Shown in pieces: positions 11,819-22,000 of a DNA stretch of 64,000 nt. Every line of letters starts with the position of its first letter. Positions within the stretch are counted from its first letter, which is position 1. Location: positions 18,166,001-18,230,000 of the forward strand of contig JBHGNT010000017.1 in NCBI GenBank assembly GCA_043228905.1, given 5' to 3'. Source of the DNA: Azolla caroliniana. Taxonomy: Eukaryota; Plantae; Polypodiophyta. Position numbers and translations under genes: made by a program. Under the pieces are notes generated by a model, which saw only the letters and a program-made list of their open reading frames with translations, was not told where the DNA came from and ran no database searches.

Positions 11819-14800
11819 TCAGTTAAAGAACTTCCCAACTAAATCTTTGTAGCTTACTTTCTTCTTCGTACTAGTCGTCGTTCCTTGGAATGTTGAACAT
11901 TCTTGATCCTTTTGTGATTCGCCGACAGCTTTATTGATTACACCCTTGATATCATCGTTGGTCCTATCAAGAGAATCCTTTATATCATCATTAATTCTAT
12001 TAGGCAAACACTTCATGTCATCATTAGTTCTATTAGCAAAAGTCTTGATATCGTCATTAATTATATTAGAAAAGTCCTTGATAGGTTCAGTATTTCCATT
12101 CGAAGAAGCCTTTATAGCATAGTTCAATCTATTTGCCTCCATTTGGTTATCTTTGTGATTGTATAGGCCTGAATATTTTTCTTTACAATTGCTTTCAGGT
12201 TCTAAACCTGTTGTGGACAGCATGATTCCAAGTATTCCATCTTCAAAGTTTACATCCTTTGATGATGTTTCCAAGTTCAATTTCTGCACGTCATCGTGTT
12301 CTTTATGAGTTATGACACCTCGAGTAGTTGCATCCTGCCTAGGTCTCTTTCTTGCACCTTTATGTGAACTTTTTTCAGTAACCTTCACACTCTTTCCTAC
12401 AAGGCAGTCTCTTGTAGCACAAACATCAGAGAACGATAATTGCCGCTTTGGTATGATTTCATCGCTTTCCGACGACGAATCATCCACAATCATGCTAGAA
12501 CGATGACCTCTCTTGGGGCCCATTTGTCTTGTTACCATAGGAGCCAGAGTTCTTTCAGGTGTGCAGATACCATTTGTATTCATTGACAGTGTCAACACTG
12601 AAGAGTCTCTTAGGCTATAGGCTTCTTCATTGGATCTTCTACTATTGGCTAACGCATCTTCTATCCACGAGTGCTTTACTATTTGAAGTTTCTCAGACAA
12701 TAGAATATCCCTACTTTCATTCGATATACTTCTCACAATGCTAGTAAATGTAACAGATTGCTCATCTGTTGCATAAATGATCATGTGCGTTGCATTCTTT
12801 AATTGACATGTCACTTCCCCTTCATGCATTAATACTTCGAGCTCTAACCTCTTTAATGTGGTTTCTGCAACTGCTTGTGAATCAAGATTAGCTGAGTGGA
12901 TGGGATTGTGAAAATAAATGTGACAACCACAAAAATTACAGATGCTTTCCTTTGCACTATATTTCATGTGAAATTGGCACATCTCTTCTTTATTCACTGT
13001 AATCGGCACTTCATCCACTAGATTCTCGAAAATCTGGTTTAGATCCTCAATGTCAATATCTTGAAAATAATTATCACCATAGTCATCCATGTCTTGCACC
13101 AACTTGATGTTTGAATCTTTTGACAAGTGAAGAATGTGTTTCGGACTGATTGACAAAAGCATTTTCTCTACTGCACAATCCATGACCCATGATTGATGTA
13201 TAACATCCCGGTGCCGACTTGCAGCTTGGTACCTCATTCCCTTCCTCTCTGTGGCAATTACATGTGTAACAGAATCATTCAAATTCATGGAAAATATGCC
13301 TCCATTCTCCACCACCAGTTTATGGAGGGAATCTCTTGTGCATGGAGGCTCAAAATTGATGAAATGAAACACTAATCCCTTGAATATGGAGGTTTCTGGC
13401 TTCACATGAGAGACATCCGTCACCAACATATGTGAGGGCACTAGAGGTAGTGATGGAAATGATCTTTTAACCTTAGTTACCTTAGTTCTGGTATGCTTTC
13501 CATACTCCTTCCCATTGGTTGTGTTCCCATTCTGTGAGTGAACAAGCTCTACAAGAGACTCCACATCAAGACACTCATACCATGGTTTATCATATCGAAC
13601 CCTCCTCGCACGAGGAAAACGCAGGCTATAAGGGGTCGCGAACACTTCTGACTTTATAGTTCTTATATCACTTGTGATCTCCAGTATAAAAGATTTATCA
13701 GGCTGCTCAACCCAATAATCAGGGCGTTCCTTTGCCACGTTTGTTACAGTGTAAAAGCTAGGAGCCTTGCTTCCTTTCTCATATTTCCTCAAATAAGGCC
13801 GAAGCTTGCTGACAAGAACATCCCTCTCATCATCACTTAGACCTGACCCAATTTTGCAAAAAGACATAAACCGCATTGGATATCCACCATGTTTCGGTCG
13901 TTCAGCAAGACCTAATAGGAATTGACCTATTTCGCCCCCACGGCGACCCGATCCCAGATAACATCCTATAATGAGAGCATCAAGATCACTTCCAGCATGT
14001 ACATAATCTGGTTTTAGTTTTATCCATTTCCCACTTCGATCTCCTGGCTCCCATTTCGAATCCAAATCTTTTAGGACAATTCCTTCATCCCTATTCTCCA
14101 CAGTTTCAAGAAAAAATTTATTGATTTGTTCTGGAGTGCTCACTAGCATAGACCAACAAGGCTGGTTATCAGGGCCAACCCCACTTTCTGGCAAGAGAAG
14201 CTCCAAAGATCCCTTCAATGGTTTCACCACTTGTTTTAGGAGAAGATGCCTTTCTGAAAGACTCTGATGAGTTACACTACTATCCCCAGAGTACAAGATA
14301 TCAAAAGCAACATAGCATAGCTGTTGATCAGTTTGCAACCCATCCTTAGCTGCCTTGGCTACCTCTTGGTTTGAACCAAACTCAGCAAACCGATTAGTCA
14401 ATCTATTCCAAACTAGCATCTCACCATCTAAGATACACTTCTCAATCTTAACATGATCAATAATTATGGCGGACATACCCTCGGTGTATTCCTTGTGGTC
14501 AATAAAGTTCCTCGAGTAGAAGTGAACATCATTACCATCTTTATGGATTTGTATACGGTCGCCATCAAATTTGCACTCCGCTACAATCCTCTTTCCCTTT
14601 AGTTTCTTCCATGCATCATCGACCCCAGCAACTCTTGATGCAAGCTGCGGCCTAACTGGCTTTCCCACCACAATATCTTGTCGCTTATACCTTTGATTCC
14701 TATCTTTTAGTTTCTCGCAAACCAACTTGAGATCACAGGTGACATTGAAAAGATCTTCGGCATCAGGGTGAAACTCGAGGAGAACTGTCTTCTCGCTCAC

Positions 14801-15319
14801 TCCTAGTTTCAAATCCTTCAAGACAAACATGATAATCCATTTCATTTCTTGTGCATTTGTTTTGCTAATAAGCTCAGACAGGATGACTGTTTTCTCATCT
14901 CGGTTCTGCGCAGAAGCAAGCTGGTCGAGAAGATCATTCACATCTTTGATGGTCATATATCCTGAAGAAGCACTCTGCCTTCTGTACAGAATCTCAGCCG
15001 CAACTAAGGGGAAATTTCCAACATTACTACTTCCACCCTTTTTCCAATTGAGTAGCTTTTTGGCATCTTCGGATTCTTTCGAGAGACCTAACGCATCTGA
15101 AATACATTTGGCTAAGACAGCCTCTTTCAGGCCATATGTTCCTCTATCTCTATCTAAAGAAGGTAATATAAGACGGAGAGCACTAAAGAACTCTCGATCA
15201 CAGTAGACATGATCGAAGAATGTCCGAAGGTGCTTCCTTTTCAACGCAGGCTTCTTGCTCCGGGCGACAGCTTCAAGCATGCTACAAAGAACACTGAACT
15301 GAACTGTCCTATCACACAT
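11819..15319 (-). CDS. LIG4: DNA ligase IV (NHEJ ligase), 1166 aa, single coding exon
   Basis: DNA-binding domain (RLILP.LDRDRG.YGLKE), adenylation motif I ECKFDGDRIQIH, LDGEM, DEGIVLK, WIKLKPDY, OB fold (SLRFPR..RVRYDKPW) and two BRCT domains (IF.GL.F...GG; WV.DC; HSWIED). Confidence 0.97.
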   Translation of the reverse strand: MCDRTVQFSVLCSMLEAVARSKKPALKRKHLRTFFDHVYCDREFFSALRLILPSLDRDRGTYGLKEAVLAKCISDALGLSKESEDAKKLLNWKKGGSSNVGNFPLVAAEILYRRQSASSGYMTIKDVNDLLDQLASAQNRDEKTVILSELISKTNAQEMKWIIMFVLKDLKLGVSEKTVLLEFHPDAEDLFNVTCDLKLVCEKLKDRNQRYKRQDIVVGKPVRPQLASRVAGVDDAWKKLKGKRIVAECKFDGDRIQIHKDGNDVHFYSRNFIDHKEYTEGMSAIIIDHVKIEKCILDGEMLVWNRLTNRFAEFGSNQEVAKAAKDGLQTDQQLCYVAFDILYSGDSSVTHQSLSERHLLLKQVVKPLKGSLELLLPESGVGPDNQPCWSMLVSTPEQINKFFLETVENRDEGIVLKDLDSKWEPGDRSGKWIKLKPDYVHAGSDLDALIIGCYLGSGRRGGEIGQFLLGLAERPKHGGYPMRFMSFCKIGSGLSDDERDVLVSKLRPYLRKYEKGSKAPSFYTVTNVAKERPDYWVEQPDKSFILEITSDIRTIKSEVFATPYSLRFPRARRVRYDKPWYECLDVESLVELVHSQNGNTTNGKEYGKHTRTKVTKVKRSFPSLPLVPSHMLVTDVSHVKPETSIFKGLVFHFINFEPPCTRDSLHKLVVENGGIFSMNLNDSVTHVIATERKGMRYQAASRHRDVIHQSWVMDCAVEKMLLSISPKHILHLSKDSNIKLVQDMDDYGDNYFQDIDIEDLNQIFENLVDEVPITVNKEEMCQFHMKYSAKESICNFCGCHIYFHNPIHSANLDSQAVAETTLKRLELEVLMHEGEVTCQLKNATHMIIYATDEQSVTFTSIVRSISNESRDILLSEKLQIVKHSWIEDALANSRRSNEEAYSLRDSSVLTLSMNTNGICTPERTLAPMVTRQMGPKRGHRSSMIVDDSSSESDEIIPKRQLSFSDVCATRDCLVGKSVKVTEKSSHKGARKRPRQDATTRGVITHKEHDDVQKLNLETSSKDVNFEDGILGIMLSTTGLEPESNCKEKYSGLYNHKDNQMEANRLNYAIKASSNGNTEPIKDFSNIINDDIKTFANRTNDDMKCLPNRINDDIKDSLDRTNDDIKGVINKAVGESQKDQECSTFQGTTTSTKKKVSYKDLVGKFFN

Positions 15320-15599
15320 ATCTTTGAGCTAAGTTTTAAGAACCCCAATATCTGATAAAAGCTAAATTTCTTTAATCTATGCTTCAAGATCTTCTTTCTG
15401 CCTTTCAAAACATTAATCTTGTTCTTTGAAAGAAAATCATGCTATACTCTAATTCTTTGCTGACTTGATAAACCCCTGACCTTCGTCCTTTCAACATCCT
15501 AAGCTTTCCCTTAAATTTGCCAGACCGTAATACTGTGCGTGCCTTTCAAAACCTTAATTGTCTTCACGTTTTCCAAACCCTGATCTGATTTCTGCGCTG

Positions 15600-15765
15600 C
15601 AAAGCCCTAATTTTCTTCCAGTCTATAGGAACCCTAAACCTTTTTCATTTTTCAAAACCCTAAACCTTTTTCATCTTTCAAAACCCTAAACCATGTATAC
15701 CAATGTAAAACCCACTAATCCTCTGTTTTTAGGGAAACCCTAATCTTCTGTGATTCAAAACCCTA
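15600..15765. promoter_or_regulatory. Cluster of telo-box-like (AAACCCTAA) motifs upstream of LIG4
   Basis: Several AAACCCTAA or ACCCTAAACC copies lie about 300-440 bp 5' of the LIG4 ATG. Confidence 0.45.
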
Positions 15766-15877
15766 CAAGTTTAGCAGTCAACAAAGCTACCTCCTGATGC
15801 CAGATACTTGTGAGCAAGCCCCAAAATGTTTCCTCTGTTGAAGACACGACATGGGTGGAAAATCTCCAACGGACAAC

Positions 15878-15910
15878 CAGAAGAAGAAGAAGAAGAAGAA
15901 GAAGAAGAAG
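15878..15910. repeat. (AAG)n microsatellite
   Basis: About 10 AGA/AAG units. Confidence 0.9.
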
Positions 15911-18021
15911 CTCTGCAACGTCTATATGATTAACGTAATACAGTCGAATGCATTGGAAAACATTCGTTTTCATACGAATGCACAAGAATGCGTATGTTAT
16001 CAAAACATTCTTATTGTGTTTTATTTTTTTTACACTTTTTACCTTAACTTTCTCACCTTTAAAAACGATTTTACCTTATAATAATATATACATATGTAAT
16101 GAACACAAAAATATATGGTATTTTCCATGGTGTTTATTATTTTAGAGTTAATCCTAAAACCCAAACCTCCAATCAAAACTTTCTTAATGCAAACCTTCGT
16201 TACAAATGGTAATCTGTGATTTAAGATCTGCCACCATCTATAATTAAGAGTTATATATTTTCCATTCTTGTTCAACCTTAGATAATAGCTGTGAAAGAGA
16301 CTCAACAGAGCAATGAAACAAAATATTAGTAGTCTCTTGTAAAACCATCATTTGACCTCGTACACACTAATCAACTCACACTTTGCTCTTCTATTTGAAG
16401 AGGTAAAGGACTTTGCATCAATGAAACATTTTTATAGTTCTTGCCAAATAAACCCATAATTCGAGGGTTTGTGTAATAATTTTCATACTTCAACAAACTC
16501 CAAAATTCTTTTAGATTGAGTCTCAACTATATCTCTGACCTCTTTGACCCCCAAACAAAACAATTGATTGAATTGAGAGCTCAATCTCTCATTTTTAAGC
16601 CAACATATTAACTGATAAAACACCGATAACTCTTTTTTGTAAAGAATTACAATGCTCTTCACTAGATGATGGTTTCCATACAAATAACTATAACGCTTCT
16701 TGCCAAATTTGTGACCTTTCCTCTACCAACTTCACATCATCAACTATGTCACTGAAGTTATTGTCTATCTCCACAAATTTCGTGCCTTACTTCATTAACA
16801 CCATTATTGAGGCACTCTATTAACTCCTTGATGGGAAGCCATACAATATCCTTTGGCCTTTGCTTGATCCAAAACATTTAGGATGTTGACTCATGGACAT
16901 TCACGTCACAAATCTTGTGTTCTATCATTAGTTGTGATCTCAACTTCCTTATATGTTAGCATGTGGCATTGTAGGTGTGCTTTGAGTGTGAGGAAAACCC
17001 TAATGTGGAATGTTGTTTGGTTCAACAAATGTGTGCCAAGAGTATGACAATATGTATGAATTTGTAATGAATTACTTATGTACATGTGAATGTGAAAATG
17101 TTTCAAAGCGCTTACATGTGTGTCTATGTTGATAAGAGATCACAAAAGCACGTTTGCATGCATAAGCGTATGAGTGTAAGTTTTAAGGATGTAGACAACA
17201 ACATTTTATATGCCATGATATCAATAGGAAGTGATCTCGTCTCAAGATGTAGGAGGGTATATGGTAATTATTTCTTGACTTGGAGAAAGTTAGAGAGGAA
17301 GAGATAGATGTAAGCCGATTAGTAATGTTGTCTAAAAGAGACTAAAAGATCACGCTCCAAGGCCTATGTGGTACAATGGCATATGTAATATAGTGCATAT
17401 ATTGGCGTTCAAACTCAAGTTCTATGGGTTCCTAAGAACATGTTGACCATTACAATTAGAGAGTGATGGATGGTTGCATCTAATGTATATGCTTGGGTAG
17501 GTGAGTCAACCAAGACATAGAGAGAGATAATAGATGTGATAAATTTTGGGACTTTATAGTATATGCATTCTTGCATGATATATTTTATACTTTGTACACA
17601 TTGACCACTAACCATTCCAAACTATTGGAATTTGGTTTAAACGCACCTCTTTGCACATGACTACAAAATCATCACCTAGGACATAATAATGTTTAATGAT
17701 TAGTTATTCCAATAGTCTTATTGTTCCAACTACATATAAGAATGAAATTGTGTGGATATATCTTTTCTCATTACTAACATTAGAATAAGAACAATTGCGA
17801 TGATAATGCTAACTTTACATCATTGCATAAAAGGAAACAATTGTACAACAGTGGTTCAACAAGACAAGAGTGTGCATATAATATATGTCATATTGAAGCC
17901 TCCAACCATTAAGGAATCATAAACAATTGCATGGAAACAATAGGAAACTATAAAGAAGCTTAATTGAGATAAATGAATCCAATTTGCAATCCAACTCGAA
18001 AACATAAACAATAACAAGAAG

Positions 18022-18487
18022 TTTTAGAGACATAAACTAATGTAAGCATTAGATAAGGATGGAATATATATGAATAGATAGATCTAGATAGAGAGGAGAG
18101 AGAGAAAAAAGGGTGTCGATCCACCCGACCACCCCCGAGCGAAGGGATCAAGACGAACTCGAGCCTCGATCAGAGTTCCATACCACCGCCTTGGCGTCGA
18201 GTCGTACCTGGTGCTAGCGCGCTCGCTACAAGAGTCAAACCACTCATGAACAACGTCTCGACGTAGTAAATAGATGATGAAATGAGGGTAGCTAGGCCTC
18301 TTATTTATAGTGATACCCAAGGCCCCCAACCATGTTCACACTTGGCCTAATGGGTTGTCTCAATCCCGAGGATTAAAAGTAATCCTCCCCTTCTTTACAC
18401 TCTTGTTTAACCCTCACACTTATCCACGTGTATAGAATACTACGGTAAATTCTAACCACGGGATATTATATGGTCATGCCCGTAACA
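18022..18487 (-). repeat. 3' LTR of the Gypsy element
   Basis: Matches 30159-30644 and is adjacent to the PPT and TSD. Confidence 0.93.
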
Positions 18488-18529
18488 TACTCCCCCTCTT
18501 TAAAACATTACACTCTTGCAATGGAAAGT

Positions 18530-19031
18530 TAGAGAAGTTAGTTCAGAGAGTATTTTCGCGTTCCCATGTGGCATCTTTTATTGATTTATCCATCCATTTT
18601 ATTTTAAATTCTCGAATTTCTTTAGTACGTAATTTTTTTGTTTTAACATCGAGAATTCTTTTTGGTATGTGTGGTTTAGAAGATAAATCTTCAGAAGTAA
18701 CCAGAGTTTCAGTTATAACTGTATTGTCGCAAGAACCTAGAAGTTCTTTTAGACGACTCACATGAAAGACTGGATGAATTCCAACACCATCAGGAAGAGC
18801 AAGACGATAGGCTGATGACCCAATGCGTTTGAGGATTGTAAATGGTCCACAAAACCGTGGGCCTAACTTAGCGCACTTACCCGTAGACAATGTCTTAGAA
18901 TTGTGAGGTAAACATAAAAATACCTTTTGTCCAAGGTTAAATACATGAGGTTGCCTATGATGATTGGCATAAAAACATGCTCTATCTTGAGCTGTTTTTA
19001 TATTATCTCGTGCAATATGCAACATATCTTG
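18530..19031 (-). pseudogene. Gypsy integrase C-terminus with GPY/F motif and chromodomain
   Basis: KLGPRFCGPF...HPVFHVSRLK...PKRILD...FKIKW...DATWE. Joins in frame with ...WDMQD at 24906 once the Copia and one TSD copy are removed. Confidence 0.92.
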
Positions 19032-22000
19032 TGTAAACGTAAGTGTTTATGGAAGCGTAAAACAGAGAACAACACATAGAGAGAGAGAGCGAGAGAGACA
19101 GAGAGAGCAGAACACAATTTCAAAATTATATCAAGACTCTATATACACACTGTGCTAAGTAGCACTATTTATACAAGTCCTTTTGGGACTGACAGAAGTA
19201 CCATGTACTTCAATGCTCACACGAGCATCTGACACTTACTACGAGACTATAGCTACCTAGTAGTCTATCCTATACTAGGCTTCCGATTGGACTTCCGGTT
19301 ACGGATTGCACCCGGCCTCCACTGCTTGCCGGTTCGGTTGTTCACCGTCATACCGATCTGTTTCGCCCGATCCGTCTCGCTTACCGGCTCCGGCTTATTC
19401 AGCCGATCCGGCTCCGGTTGAGCTTGCCGCTCAACACTCCCCCTCAAGCTCAACCTGAGGTGGGGTCGTAGTGTCGACCTCTGTGGCAGTCGGTTCTTCC
19501 AACTGACTTCTCCTGGCGTCACTCCGCCTTGCTCGCGCTCCTCGTCCGGTTCGGTCCCGTTTGTTGCGACCCCTTTGGTTCTGCGCGCCGATCCGTCGGT
19601 TCTCCCACGATGGCATCGACTTCCGCTGTGTCCGTGTCCCCTTGACCTTTAGTCGATCCGACTCATCCGGATCCATCTGTTGATCCGAGTCAGTTGTCTC
19701 CGACTCGTTCCAGCTCTTGTCCGAATCGGTACACTCCGATTCGACTTCTGGCTTCAGGCCTCTCACCACATCGGACCACTTTCGAGTCTTGGCCTTCTCC
19801 ATGCTTCCCTCGGCTTCTTCAGCCGGTGAACCAAAATCGAATTCTTCATTCAACTCCGCATTCTGGTCAGTACCGTCGTGATGACCTCCGCACAGCATGC
19901 ACTTCTCTTCCTGAGTGCACAACTCTTCTTCACAGCCGCTTGCTCCGACCTGTTCGGATGTGTCGACTTCCTTCGTCGACTCGGCTTCCTTCATCTTCTT
20001 GTCTCCTCTTCTTCCGGCTCTCCTCTTACTAACGGGTTCAACAGTTTTTTGGCCTTTGCCCGTTTCGGTAAAGACTTTGCCCTTGCTTCTCCCCCTCAAG
20101 TGCGGCACGTCGAGATGCTGAATACCGAGCATATCGGTAAAGTGCTGCAACTTGTCCGATCCGAGCGGCTTGGTGAAGATGTCGGCAACTTGTCGATCCG
20201 TATGAAGATACCGTAGGTCAACTTCACCGCTCAGGACCCGCTCACGCACGAAGTGGTAGTGCACCTCGATGTGCTTTGTGCGAGCATGGAACACAGGGTT
20301 CTTGGCAAGCTGCAGGCTGCTCATGTTATCGTAGTAAATCGGGATCGGGGTCGGTACCTCGATCCGCAAGTCTCGCAGCAGTCGCCGAAGCCAGATGGCT
20401 TCACAAGTGGCAACGGTAGTGGCCCGGTACTCAGCCTCAGTGCTTGACAAAGCCACTGTAGGCTGCTTCTTGCTGCTCCATGCAACGGCCGCGCTACCTA
20501 TGGAGAACGTGTATCCGGAAGTGGAGCGGCGATCAGACACATCGCCGGCCCAGTCAGCATCTGTGTAACCGACAAGCTCTTCGGGTATACCTCGCCGGTA
20601 TAGCAGTCCCCGGTCCTTAGTGCCGTTGACATACCGTAATATTCGTTGCGCGCACTGAAGGTGCTCCACGGTCGTCTTCTGCATGAACTGAGTTACCATG
20701 CCGACCGGATAGCTGATGTCGGGTCGGGTGATGGTTAAGTAGATCAGGCTTCCCACAACCTGTCGGAACCGTTTCTCATTGCAGGCCGGTCCGGAGTTGG
20801 GACGGAGCTTCTGGTTCCGGTCTAGGGGTGTGGAGACAGGTCGGCAATCCGTCATGCCGAACTTATACAGCATATTCAACACGTAATGTCGTTGTGAGAG
20901 CAATATGCCGTCGGGGGTTCGGATCACTTTGATCCCAAGAAAATAATGAAGGTCCCCCAGGTCCTTCATTTCGAATGCGTCCGACAACTGGGACTTGACG
21001 CGGTTGATTTCGGGAAGACCCGGTCCGGTGATGACTAAATCATCCACATACAAGAGTATACATACCGGACCGTCAGAGCCTTGCCGGATGAACAACGAAG
21101 AGTCCGACTTAGAGACAGCAAACCCCAGCTTACGCAACCGGTGCGTGATCTTCGCGTTCCAGGCTCGGGGGGCTTGCTTCAAGCCGTAAAGCGACTTCTT
21201 CAGTCGGCATACCGCCGACTCGTTCATCTCCGATTGAAATCTGGGGGACTGAGTCATAAAGACTTCTTCTTCAAGCTCTCCTTGAAGGAAGGCGTTCTTC
21301 ACATCCATTTGGTGAAGATGCCACCCCCTTGCCGCAACAACCGCCAGTACCACACGAACCGTCGTCATCTTCGCCACAGGAGCGAAGGTCTCATCGTAGT
21401 CGATTCCGTGGGTCTGCGCATATCCCTTCGCCACTAACCAGGCTTTGTATCGGTTAACAGAACCGTCGGCGTTGTACTTGACCTTGTACACCCACTTGCA
21501 TCCGATCGGTTTACAGTGACGGGGAGGATCAACTAGGTCCCAAGTTTCGTTGGCATCGAGTGCCCACATTTCTTCGTCCATAGCGGCACGCCAATTTGCG
21601 TCCTTTGCCGCTTCTGCGTAGCTCTCCGGTTCACGCACTTCTGTTACCTTAGTCATGTACGCATAATGATGCGCCATGTATTCATTGTACCCGTACCGCA
21701 TGACGGGATTCTTCTGGCGGGTTGATCGGCGCAGCGCACCGTCACCTGATTTGAGGCCCTTCTTGGCCAGTTCAGTCTTCGTTGCCGAAGATTCGCCTTT
21801 CTCCTTTCCGGAGTCGGATACGCACCGATCCGACTCATCGTTGCCGGTTTCGAATTCCGGCATCTTCCTCTTCCCCTTCTCTTTGCGCGTGAACCGTTTC
21901 CTTGGTTCCTTGCGCGGGGAGAGCATGGCAGAGTCTCCACCACCACTTGCCATCTCTTCATCCGACTGGTCCAACCGACTCAGTCGCTCGTTCGGTCCAC

